Notes under the pieces: model-generated | What the model was told of the DNA's origin: nothing | The model's input: only the letters and a program-made list of their open reading frames with translations | Database searches by the model: none | NCBI GenBank assembly: GCA_963731595.1 | Contig: CAVSWE010000003.1 | Location: forward strand, 300,948 to 345,914 | Source of the DNA: an uncultured delta proteobacterium | GTDB lineage: Bacteria > Myxococcota_A > Polyangia > Polyangiales > Polyangiaceae | Length of the DNA stretch: 44,967 nucleotides | Direction of reading: 5' to 3' | Part shown: one piece after another, positions 9,113 through 18,706 of the stretch | How positions within the stretch are numbered: the first letter of the stretch is position 1 | Layout of the letters: each line of letters begins with the position of its first letter | Made by a program: the position numbers and the translations under genes

Positions 9113-9897
9113 CCTTCGACGCGCCGATTTTCTGGAGCGGCCTCGCGGGTGTAGTGCTCGCCGTAATCGGCGTCGAGGCATTCAACGAGTATTTCGATTC
9201 ACGCATGGGCACCGACCGCGTCTTCAACCCGGCCGAACTCCCGCCGATGTCTGACGCAGTGCTCTGGTTGGGCATTGCGGCCTTCGCCGGCGCGCTGGCG
9301 GTCGGCATCTACCTGACCGTGCGTGGCGGCTGGCCGATCCTGGCCTTCGCACTCCTGGGTGGAACGGCGGCGATCTTTTATGTGGCGCCCCCGATACGCT
9401 GGGCCTATCGTGGCCTGGGCGAACTGGTCATCGCCCTGTCCTACGGGCCCTGGATGGTACTGGGCAGCCTCTACCTGCAGAGCCAGGCGCTGTCGTGGGG
9501 GGCGCTCTTCGCGTCGCTCGTACCGGGATGCCTGATCATGGCGCTCGCGGTCGTCAACGCGATTCCCGATTACCACCAGGATCGCTTGGTCGGCAAGCGC
9601 AATCTCGTCGTGCGGCTCGGCCGCCGGCGCGCGGTTTGGCTGTATCTTGCCCTTGCGGCAGGCGGACTGCTGGTGGTGCCGGTCGGCGTAGCGAGCGGCA
9701 TCTCCCCGCCACCTGCCTGGCGGCCTTACTGGCGGTGCCGCTGCTCGTGGCCAGCGGCCGCTGCGCGCTGCGGCACTTATGAAACACCGCGCGCCTTTGT
9801 TCCCGCCGTGCGCAGCATCGTCGGCTGCTATCTGGTCGCCGTCGTGCTGTTCACCGCCGGCGTCCTGTGCAGTGGCGTAGCGTCCTTGCGCCCATGA
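8946..9897 (+). CDS. UbiA-family polyprenyltransferase, MenA-like (1,4-dihydroxy-2-naphthoate polyprenyltransferase-like). As given it carries ~3 frameshifts (~9095, ~9715, ~9780)
   Basis: Reconstructed MGLSLTAL..RLVRYRFFLYAGLLPYLLGAAWAYA / LALVAFDAPIFWSGLAGVVLAVIGVEAFNEYFDSRMGTDRV...NAIPDYHQDRLVGKRNLVVRLG has both UbiA Asp-rich motifs (N-x3-D-x5-D and D-x3-D). The NAIPDYHQDRLVGKRNLVVRLG segment matches E. coli MenA NNLRDINSDRENGKNTLVVRLG. The start overlaps the paralog-1 radical-SAM gene; the stop overlaps the paralog-2 start (ATGA at 9894..9897). Confidence 0.7.
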
Positions 9898-10861
9898 ACT
9901 GGATCGATCGCCTGCGCGCGCCGCTGTTCGTGTCCTGGCAGATCACGCGCGACTGCGACCTGTGCTGCCTGCATTGCTGCACCGAGTCGGCGCCGGGGAA
10001 GCGGTTGCCGGACGAACTCGACGCTGCCGAAGCGACGTGGCTGGCCGAGGAGATCGTCCGCAACGCAGTGCCCTACGTGATGCTTTGCGGCGGCGAGCCT
10101 TTGGTCGTGCCGCACTTTTTCGCCCTTGCCGAAGTCGCTGGGGCGGGCAGGCGTCCAGCTGAAGATCGAGACGAACGGGCAGCGCTTCGATGCCAAACTC
10201 GCCGCCCGGCTCGCCCGCCTGCCCGTCCGGTCGGTACAGATTAGCCTGGACGGCGACACACAGGAGGTCTACGAGCGCCAGCGGCCCGGGCGGCTTCGCT
10301 CGCCAAAGCCCATGCGGCCTGCCGCGCCGCTCGTGCGGCCGGGCTGCCGCTCGAAGTCACCTTTGCGCCGACCCGGCTCAACATTCACCAGGCCGGGCCG
10401 GTCATCGAGCGGGCGCGGGCGCTTGGTGCCTTTCGCTTCAATACCGGGCGGCTCATGCGCATCGGCACCGCCGCGCGGCTGTGGGAGAAGCTCGAGCCTT
10501 GCCGAGGAGCAATACCGGGAATTCCGCGCCTGTTGAACCGCATGGCCCGGCGCCTAGAGGGGCAACTGGAGATTTGCCATGCTCCGTTTGACCTCGCGGA
10601 AGGGCTGCGCGGCAGCCTCCAGAACGCCGCCGGCAACCCTGCTCGTGCTGCCCAACGGCTGGGTCAAGGTTGCCGCGGCACTGCCGCAGATCTGCGCTGA
10701 CTTGCGCCGCCATAGCCTTGACGGAGGCCTGGGAGGCCTACCGCAACGCGTGGCGGAGTGATACAGTGCTGGCGGAAGTACGGCGCGCGGTCGCCGATCC
10801 ATCGCGTCACGCGCGAGGCCAACAGTTGGCAGTTGTTGCCCGTCGCCCCGGTGTGACCTGA
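9894..10861 (+). CDS. radical SAM enzyme, MftC/PqqE-like, paralog 2 of 3. It is broken into at least 4 ORF pieces by about five 1-nt indels, from sequencing error or real pseudogenisation
   Basis: The pieces MNWIDRLRAPLFVSWQITRDCDLCCLHCCTESAPGKRLPDELDAAE..CGGEPLVVPHFFALAE / VQLKIETNGQRFD..VQISLDGDTQEVYERQRPG / ..AARAAGLPLEVTFAPTRLNIHQAGPVIERARALGAFRFNTGRLMRIGTAARLWEKLEP / LLVLPNGWVKVAAALPQICADLRRHSL / EAWEAYRNAWRSD.. are collinear with paralog 1 across four reading frames. Confidence 0.6.
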
Positions 10862-10872
10862 CGGAGGGAAAA

Positions 10873-11025
10873 TGAGCGAGTTGAACCTGACGATCGAAGC
10901 CGCCAAGACCGGCGACGAACGCAAGACCGATACGGTGCAGCCGGCGCAAAAGCCGCATGGGAAACGCCCAAGCTCGAGGACGTGTCCGAGCAGGTGATGG
11001 CCCAACCGTATATCCGCTTCACCTG
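10873..11025 (+). CDS. candidate RiPP precursor peptide (51 aa, reconstructed across one frameshift in an A4 run at ~10949-10952); PqqA-like C-terminal core
   Basis: A strong SD (ggaggg-aaa-ATG) precedes it. Frame 1 reads MSELNLTIEAAKTGDERKTDTVQPAQK. After a 1-nt indel in caaaag the frame continues as AAWETPKLEDVSEQVMAQPYIRFT* to the TGA at 11023. The W-x-x-P-x-L-x-D-V...E...Y pattern recalls PqqA (WKKPAFIDLRLGLEVTLY). It sits immediately upstream (20 nt) of paralog 3. Confidence 0.4.
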
Positions 11026-11045
11026 AGATACCCAGAACTTTCGCA

Positions 11046-11982
11046 ATGCCGGGGCGTTCGGTAGAAGAGTACCGAGCACCCCTTTTTCTTGCCTGGCAGC
11101 TGACCAACCGCTGCGCTGCGCGCTGCATCACCTGCTGCGAGGAATCCGGTCCCGATAAGGCATGGGGCGATGAGCTTTCCCGTGACGAGGCGATCGCGCT
11201 TGCACGGCGCATCGCGGCGTTCGGCATCGCCTACGTTGCCTTCGGCGGCGGCGAGCCGCTAGGTGTACCGCATTGCTGGGATCTGCTCGAGCTGCTCGCC
11301 GCGGCCGGCATCGCTCTTAAGATCGAGACCGACGGCAGTCACATCGACGCTTCCGCGGCCGATCGGCTCTCGGCGCTCGGCGTCGAGTGCATCCAAATTT
11401 CGGTCGACGGAGCGACAGCGGCGACGCATGAGCGCGTGCGTCCGGGATCGAGCTTCGCCGCGGCGGTCGCCGCCATCGAGCGACTGGTCGCGCGCGGTCG
11501 TGCACCGCAATTGGTGTTCGTTCCCACCCGCTTCAACTGCACGAGATCGTCGCCGCGTTCGATCTGGCGGCAACGCTCGGCTGCGGCGCATTCGTCACCG
11601 GCCCGCTGATGCGCATCGGCCGCGCCGCGGGCGCACTGGCAGCGCATCGCCTGCAGCAGACGAGGAGTGGCGCGCCGCGGTTACCGCGTTGAGAGAACGC
11701 ACCGCGTCGATGCGGCCCCGGAATGGCCCTTGTCGATCTATCCTTGGGACATTCGTTGCGGAGATGGAAACGCGGCTCGAGCGACCGCAGGCGATGCTGC
11801 TGGTCGTGCCCAACGGCAAGGTCAAGCTGCTCAATGCGCTCCCGTTCGCCGCCGCCGACCTGCGCCGCGATTCGCTCGAGGACGCGTGGCGGGCCTATCG
11901 CGACGCCTGGCATGCGCCGGAGGTGCGCGAATTCATCACCCGCTGCCGCAGCCAATCCAGCGCTGCTGATGCACGCCAATGA
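11046..11982 (+). CDS. radical SAM enzyme, MftC/PqqE-like, paralog 3 of 3 (at least 2-3 frameshifts as given)
   Basis: MPGRSVEEYRAPLFLAWQLTNRCAARCITCCEESGPDKAWGDEL..AFGGGEPLGVPHCWDLLELLAAAGIALKIETDGSHID..IQISVDGATAATHERVRPGSSFAAAVAAIERLVARGRAPQLVFVPTRFN, then in other frames ..AFVTGPLMRIGRAAGAL.. and ..ERPQAMLLVVPNGKVKLLNALPFAAADLRRDSLEDAWRAYRDAWHAPEVREFITRCRSQSSAADARQ*. This is collinear with paralogs 1 and 2. Confidence 0.6.
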
Positions 11983-12112
11983 GACATGGCCGATGGTTAG
12001 GAACGACGGTTGACCCCCGCGCCAGAAACCCCAATACTTAAGCGGCTGTGATTGAATACTTACCCGTCGTAGCGAAGCTTTTGAGGGCCCGGGAGCCCGC
12101 TGATCGGTTGCG

Positions 12113-12442
12113 ATGCATCGACTGACATTGGGACTACTCGCCGCCTGCACCGCTGGCGCAATCGCGGTTGCGGCCCAGCCAGCGCCGGACAGCTCCCGCG
12201 GCGAGCTCCTCTATTCCACCCATTGCATCGGTTGCCATAGCGCGCAGGTGCATTGGCGCGAAAAGAGGCTGGCGACAGACTGGGCAAGTCTCAGGATGCA
12301 AGTATTTCGATGGCAGATGAACACGGGCCTCGCCTGGAGCGACGAGGACATCGTCGCTGTCACCCGCTATCTGAACGATCTCTACTACCGTTTTCCGACG
12401 CCGGACAGGCCGGTGGCATTTCAGGGGTCGTCGGGTAACTGA
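12113..12442 (+). CDS. secreted mono-haem c-type cytochrome (109 aa)
   Basis: It has a signal peptide (MHRLTLGLLAACTAGAIAVAAQPAP) and a single CxxCH haem-binding motif (HCIGCHS). Same strand as the radical-SAM cassette, 130 nt downstream of it. Confidence 0.65.
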   Translation: MHRLTLGLLAACTAGAIAVAAQPAPDSSRGELLYSTHCIGCHSAQVHWREKRLATDWASLRMQVFRWQMNTGLAWSDEDIVAVTRYLNDLYYRFPTPDRPVAFQGSSGN

Positions 12443-12585
12443 TCCCGGGCTGCCGCGTCAAATCGATGTGAGTCGCTCGTTCTTTGCCGTCGACAAATGC
12501 TCTAGCTCGGGAGGCGCGCGCATACGACGGTCGAGTCCATCTCCCAGCGAGTGATCACTCGTGCCCCCAACGCGAGTGTACTGTT

Positions 12586-13095
12586 CTAGCTTGGCCGCCG
12601 CTGCAATAACGTGCCCAGGAGCAGAGCGAAGCCCAGGAAAATGACAAGCGACGCTTGCGCCAGAGTAAGTCCCAGGATCTTAAAGGACGTATCGGAACAG
12701 TCTCCCGTGGCATGCAGCAGTTGGGTCAGTACTTCGCTGACCGCCATGGTGTCCAGCATGTAGGCCAGGCCGGCACTGCAAGAGGCGACGCTTGGTGCCG
12801 GAAAAAGTTGCAGGTACGTCTGATAGCCGGCGACCCCGAGTCCTTCCAACGTCAGGATCGCAGCCATCCAAAGGAGAGCCCGCTGTACTCGACCTTGGGG
12901 CCGCGCCACGGCTGCGGCAAAGAAGACGGGTATCAGGCCAAGATACGTGAGCCGTTGGATGATGCACAAGGGGCACGGTTCGATCCCCAGTATGTGCTGG
13001 ACAAAAAAGCTTGCACCGACAAGACCGGTGCAGGTCACTCCAAGCAAGATCGAAACTTGGGCAGGAGAAGTCAGCACACGCGAAAGCCTATTCAC
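12586..13095 (-). CDS. dsbB: disulfide bond formation protein B (DsbB family)
   Basis: Four TM helices. A first periplasmic-loop CxxC (EPCPLCIIQR) and a second Cys pair (SCSAG ... GDCSD) fit the DsbB architecture. Confidence 0.6.
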   Translation of the reverse strand: MNRLSRVLTSPAQVSILLGVTCTGLVGASFFVQHILGIEPCPLCIIQRLTYLGLIPVFFAAAVARPQGRVQRALLWMAAILTLEGLGVAGYQTYLQLFPAPSVASCSAGLAYMLDTMAVSEVLTQLLHATGDCSDTSFKILGLTLAQASLVIFLGFALLLGTLLQRRPS

Positions 13096-13511
13096 GGAAA
13101 TCGGCCGGCAATGCAGCTCCCCGCGGGACCCAGTACGCTAGGGGAATTTTGCCACGTCCGAGCCTGATCTCAGAAGTTTCTCCTCCGCAAAGGGCTGCTT
13201 CACCGCCCCAGGCCCGACGCGCGGAGCTTGGCCGCAATGGCTGGTGAATTTCGGCTTCACGACCCGGTGATCGCCCGGAGGCGCATCGCGAAATGCGCCT
13301 GGTCTGCGCCAAAGTGGCGCGAACGGCGCCTGGTTGACAGTCGGGGAATCGCCTGGCGGTTGCATGTTAAATCAATAACTTGCGACGCTTACCCTCTTAG
13401 TTGCGCATGAATTAGCGTCGTTGGAGTTTCCTTGAGGTACATCAACAGCCCAGATACGGCTTGGCTATAGGCTTCGTATTGCGGTGCAACAAAATCACGT
13501 CAGGAGCGCCC

Positions 13512-14327
13512 ATGGAGTTTCAAGGAAAAGTTGCGGTAATTACCGGTGCGGCCAGCGGCATCGGACGGGCGGTGGCGTTTGAATTGGCGCGCCGCAACGT
13601 GCGCGCGATGGCGCTGGTGGACATAGGCGAGAACATCGATGGCGTCGCCGCAGAAGTCAATGCGAAGGCCGGCCGTCAGGTCGCCTACCCTTACCGGGGC
13701 GATACGACCGACGAGGCGTTTCGCGCTTCGGTTTTCGATTCCATCAGTAGCCAGTTCGACACCGTCACGATGTGCGTGCCGGCCGCCGGCATCACGCGCG
13801 ACGAACTTGCAGTCCGTATCGACAAGATCACTGGCAAGGCACGGATCTATCCGGTGGACCGGTTCAAGCAGGTCATCGATGTGAACCTCGTGGCGCCGGT
13901 CTACTGGGCGCTCGAGATGATCGGACGCATCGCCGAGAATCGCGCCGCCTGCGGCCTCAAGCGATGGCAGCCGTCGGAGGGCATGCAAGGGGCCATAGTG
14001 TTCATCGGCTCAGTTTCTTCGCAGGGCAATCGTGGCCAGATCTCCTACGCCAGCGCCAAGGCCGGCCTCGAGGGAGCGGCCGCGACGATTATGAAGGAGG
14101 CGGTTTTCTACGGCGTTCGCTGCGGGCTTATCCACCCGGGGTTCACCGACACACCTATGGTGCGCGCAATGGGTGATGACTACATCAGCAAGCACATATT
14201 ACCTTTCACCCAATTGAGCCGGTTGATTCGCCCCGAGGAAATTGCCGATGCGATCTGCTTCATGCTCGCCAACTCGGCGGTGAGCGGCGAATTGTGGGCG
14301 GACGCAGGCTGGCATGCACCCGCGTAG
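13512..14327 (+). CDS. SDR-family short-chain dehydrogenase/reductase
   Basis: MEFQGKVAVITGAASGIGRA carries the TGxxxGxG NAD(P)-binding motif, and the catalytic Y-x3-K sits in SYASAKAG. Confidence 0.8.
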   Translation: MEFQGKVAVITGAASGIGRAVAFELARRNVRAMALVDIGENIDGVAAEVNAKAGRQVAYPYRGDTTDEAFRASVFDSISSQFDTVTMCVPAAGITRDELAVRIDKITGKARIYPVDRFKQVIDVNLVAPVYWALEMIGRIAENRAACGLKRWQPSEGMQGAIVFIGSVSSQGNRGQISYASAKAGLEGAAATIMKEAVFYGVRCGLIHPGFTDTPMVRAMGDDYISKHILPFTQLSRLIRPEEIADAICFMLANSAVSGELWADAGWHAPA

Positions 14328-14904
14328 CCGCGGTGACCTGGCAGCTTCGAGCGAGGGTCCTACCGCTGCTCCGCCGACGCGGGATGAGGCCGTCGACACG
14401 GAGGGTGAATCCGAGGTGCCGGCGCGCGGCGCCCAGCGGCAATGGCCCGGAACGGATCCGAACCAGTTTCCTTGGACTAAGGCTCTCGCCGGCGATCCCA
14501 GTCTTGTCGCGCCGGTGATTGCCTCGCCGGAGGAGATCCTCCGTGCCCGGGAAATACGAGAGCAACTCAAGAAGACATACTTAGATCGCCCAAGCCAACC
14601 TTGCTCCCTATGGTGGGTTGATATTGACTAAGTAACCCGTAGCCGGGTCGCCAATTTTCGGGCCAATGTTAGACGAACCCGCCATCTTGTGCCGTGAACA
14701 GCAGATCCCATGGACTGTCGCCAGTGCCGATCCAATATGAAATCAATCCTTCTTCTCGACCTTACGCGAACTCAGCGAGAAAATGTAGCACTTGCAGTAT
14801 TGCAATAGGGTTTCGGGAGCTTGGGCTGTTGCACCGTGGACATTATGGCGACGCAAGGAGCTCCAGCGCGAGGGCTCGAGGCAACCGATGATCTGCGAAC
14901 GCTC

Positions 14905-16550
14905 TTATGGACGCGCGGCGTCGATGCGCTCGCGGACCGCCCGCCACGCATCCGGCTGGCGCGCCTGCTCGAGCGGCGCTTCGCTATCGTAGGCGACGAC
15001 GAACGCCTGCTCCTCCGGCGCGAGGGGCTCGCACGTACGTAGCTGATAATCGAGCACCGCCAAATCGGCGTCCGAAGCGTCGGATCCTGCCGCGGCACGC
15101 TGCGCTATGCGCTCCCGAAGGGTCGAGTGCGCGCCATGAAATCCACGATCACGAAGGCGATGCCGAGCTCGATCGCGAGATTGCGGAAGAGGTCTCGCTG
15201 CCAGCGGTTGAGGAAAGTCGCGTCGATAATTGCAACGAAGCCGGCACCGACCACCTCTCGCGCCAGCGCGCCAAGCTCCCGGTATGTCGCCTCCGTCGCG
15301 CCGGCCGCGTACAGGCCACGATCGATGCCCGTCGCACCGCGCTCGTGGGCGTCGAGCCCGTGCATGCGCTTGCGCTCGACGTCGCTGCGGATTCGCACCG
15401 CGCCGATCGTCTCCAGCAGCACTCTGCGACAGGGTGGTCTTGCCGCAGCCGGCGAGCCCGTGGGTGACGAGGAGCGCGGGCCGTGTCGGCTGCGCGTAGC
15501 TTCGCGCCAGAGTCACGTGCGCGCGGTATTCGGCAAGCAATGCGCGTCGCGCTGCGCCGGCTTCGAGCTGTGCCGCGCGCAGCCGCGCGATCTTGGCGCG
15601 CACCATCGCGCGGTACACGAGATAGAAGCGCAGCACGGTCAGGCCAGCGTAGTCCCCCGTCCGCTCCAGGTACGCGTTGAGGAAGCGACGGGCCAGATCG
15701 ACTCGTCCGCGATAGTGGAGATCCATGACCGTGAACGCGACCTCGTTCATCACATCAATCCAGCGCATCGCCTCGTTGAATTCGATGCAATCGAAAATGA
15801 CAAGCTCGTCGTCGATGCGCGCGATGTTGTTGAGATGCAGGTCGCCGTGGCACTCGCGGATGAAGCCTTCCTTGCGCCGCCGCAGGAATGCGCCTTGGCA
15901 CGCGGCATGCTCGCGGTCGGTCCAGACGCGGAGCTCTTCGAGCTCGTCGCGTTCCGCCGCCGTCGCCACGTGCGGTCGGAACTGCGCGAAATTTTGCCGC
16001 GCGACGCGCAGAATCTCCTCCGGCGAGCCGAATGTGCCGTCGCGAGGAACGACACCGCTCGAGTCGTGAAAGGCGGCGACCTTCGCCGCCAGCGCATCAA
16101 TGTCGGCGGGTGAGAGCTCGCCGCGCGCCAGGATGCGGCTGGCCAGCGCGTCCTGCGGGAACTCGCGCATCTTCACCGCGTACTCGAGTGCCGGACCGTC
16201 GCCGCCGAGGACCGGAGCGTCAATGCTGCCCGTTATCGGCACGACGTCGAGGTAGAGCGCGGGTGCAAGCCGGCGATTGAGGCGCAACTCCTCTGTGCAG
16301 AAGAATCGCCGCGCCGCGAGTGTCGTGAAATCGAGAAAGCCGAAGTCGACCGCTTTCTTGATCTTGTACGCGTAGTGCCCGGCCAGGAAAACGCAGGAGA
16401 TGTGCGTTTCCAGCCGCTCGACGCGCCGCAGTCCGGCCCGAAGACCGCGGGACGGGAGAGCGCCGCCAGCAGTCGAACCTGATCCGTCTCGGTTGCGACG
16501 AGGGTCGTGGCCCGCTCGGGCGGCATGCGGTGGAAGATGCGTGGTGGCAT
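14905..16550 (-). CDS. bifunctional aminoglycoside-phosphotransferase-like kinase / AAA-family ATP-binding protein (about 3 frameshifts as given)
   Basis: The N-terminal region ..VERLETHISCVFLAGHYAYKIKKAVDFGFLDFTTLAARRFFCTEELRLNRRLAPALYLDVVPI.. plus the APH catalytic motif HGDLHLNNI are followed by a P-loop (GLAGCGKTTLSQ). The ATPase domain continues in other frames (ORF 15105..15422: LLETIGAVRIRSD..) before returning to frame for the C-terminus. Confidence 0.6.
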
Positions 16551-16569
16551 CTGGCCGCCTGAAACTGAT

Positions 16570-17051
16570 TCAGCCCGTGAACTCATGCGCCCTGACCTGG
16601 CCGTGCTGGCGGCGAGCGACGTCTTTCAGCCGCGCGGTGAGGCTCGCGAAGCCGTCGCGCAGCGCGACATACACTTCCTCGTCGTGGTCGCAATTGACGA
16701 CGAGCTCGTGGCCCGGAAGATCCGTGAGGTCCGGATTGCCACCATGCGACGGCATCTGTCGGACACCCTTAAGCGCATTCTTTTCCGCACCCGCCCGGTG
16801 CTCCAACTTCAGCCGGTCAAGCAGCGGTGCCGCGTCCGGAAGGCGCACACGCAAAAGCTGGAACAGATACTGATCCTCCTTGGGATGGTGAAAGCACTCG
16901 CGGAATGCATCGATGTAATAGATCATCGCCCCAGCACGCCGAAATCCGACGTGGCTCCCCGGTCGCGGATCTGGTGCACCAGATAAAGCATGCCGTGCAA
17001 GACCGCCGCCAGCGAACGGTGTTCGTCCTGAATGGCGCGGTTCGCCTGCAT
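16570..17051 (-). CDS. hemerythrin-like (HHE cation-binding) domain protein, one frameshift at ~16930
   Basis: MQANRAIQDEHRSLAAVLHGMLYLVHQIRDRGATSDFGVLG then shifts frame to MIYYIDAFRECFHHPKEDQYLFQLLRVRLPDAAPLLDRLKLEHRAG.., with the H-x3-E / HH..KE motifs of hemerythrin-like domains. ATG 17051 lies 25 nt downstream of the hemN stop. Confidence 0.55.
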
Positions 17052-17075
17052 ATTCGTCCTTCTTTCCCGAATGCA

Positions 17076-18478
17076 TCAGATGATGCGCGAGTTGCGCGCC
17101 GCCCACGCTGCTCACGCAGGTAACGGTCGAATACCATCGCCACCGTGCGAACTAAGAGCCGACCGCGCGGCGTCACGTGGATCGCGTCCGATGCGATTTC
17201 GACCAACCCGTCGTCGGCCAGCGGTGCAAGTGACTTGAGCTCGGTTGCGAAGTAATCGCGGAACGCGATGGCGTACGCGCTCTCGACGCGCTCGAACGAG
17301 ACGGTGAATTGGCACATGAACGCGTGGATCACATCGCGCCGCAAAACGGTCGTCGGCAGAAAGCCGCCAGCCGCGAAAACATGGTAGCGCATCGTCGTCG
17401 AGCCGGGCGTAGTAATCATCCAGAGTACGCAGATTCTGGCTGTAGGACGCACCGACCTTGCCGATTGCGGAAATACCGAATGCCAAAAGATCGCAATCAG
17501 CGTGCGTCGAGTAGCCTTGAAAATTGCGGTGCAGCTTGCCTCACGCTGTGCGACAGCAAGCGCGTCGTCGGGCCGCGCGAAATGATCCATGCCGATGTAG
17601 ACGTAACCGGCGCCGGTCAACTTTTCGATTGCAAGCTCAAGAAGGGCTAACTTGGCCTCCGCCGACGGCAACTCCGCTTCGCTGATGCGCCGCTGCGGCT
17701 TAAACAGATGTGGCACGTGCGCATAGCTGTATAGCGCAAGTCTATCCGGCGCACCGTCGAGCACCTTGTCCAACGTGACGGCCGAAGCCGGCCAAAGTCT
17801 GCCGCGGGAGACCATAGATTAAGTCGATGTTTAAGGAGCGGAAGCCATTCGCACGTGCGGCGTCGAGTACAAATGCGAGTCTCGGCTTCCGATTGAATGC
17901 GGTTCACCGCCTGTTGTACGGCTGGGTCGAAGTCCTGTACGCCGATGCTCATCCGGTTGAAGCCAAGCTCCGAGAGAAGCTTAACCGTCCCGGCGACGCC
18001 AAATGGCGGGGGTCGACTTCGATCGAGCATTCGGCGTCAGGCACAAACGCAAAGCTGTCGTGTAGGACACGCCATAGCAACTGTCATTTCCTCGGCCGAC
18101 AGGAACGTCGGCGTGCCGCCGCCCCAGTGCAACTGTGTGACGGGGGACGCCGAATCGACGAGCCCCGACACGATTGCGACCTCCCTGCCGAGATAGTGGA
18201 TATATTTTGCGGAGCGGCCATGGTCCCGGGTCGTGACCTTGTTGCACGCGCAGTAGTAGCAGATGGTGTTGCAGAACGGCACGTGCACGTACAGCGACAG
18301 CGGCTGCGGCGCGCCGGCTCTGGCGGTTGACAAGCGCGTTAGCGAGATGGTCGGCGGTGAATGCTTCCGTAAAGCGATCTGCCGTCGGATAGGAGGTGTA
18401 GCGCGGCCCAAAGCCATCGTACTTGCGGATCAGATCCGAGTCGAACGGGAGGCCTGTAGTCGGCGTGCAGTGAACCAT
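17076..18478 (-). CDS. hemN: oxygen-independent coproporphyrinogen III oxidase (radical SAM), at least 4 frameshifts as given
   Basis: The pieces [40 protein letters not shown] / [36 protein letters not shown] / [22 protein letters not shown] / [67 protein letters not shown] / [24 protein letters not shown] are collinear with E. coli HemN across several frames. Confidence 0.7.
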
Positions 18479-18706
18479 GTTGGCATCGTGCCAGCCGACC
18501 ATTGCTTTGAACTTGAGCTAGATCAAGCCGGCTGCAGACTCGTTCAGAATCGTGGACACGTGCGCACGTTGCCTCGGCCCATCGCCTATTCGACATCCAT
18601 GTCAGACTGACCGGCCGGGGGGGGCGATTTCTGGGTAGTCCGCACGCCACCACGTCGAGCGACGTAAAGCCACACGGTCGAGGCAAAGTGTGCAGAGAGC
18701 TAAGCA

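Noticed and set aside
7958-11982. Interpretation of the radical-SAM genes as futalosine-pathway MqnC/MqnE (menaquinone biosynthesis), given the adjacent MenA-like prenyltransferase
   Set aside because: MqnC/MqnE belong to the ThiH/HydG/CofG-like branch with a different N-terminal context and no W-x-I/L-T-x-x-C-N-L motif. The present proteins instead align with MftC/PqqE and are accompanied by a PqqD-like RRE. No mqnA/B/D homologs are present.
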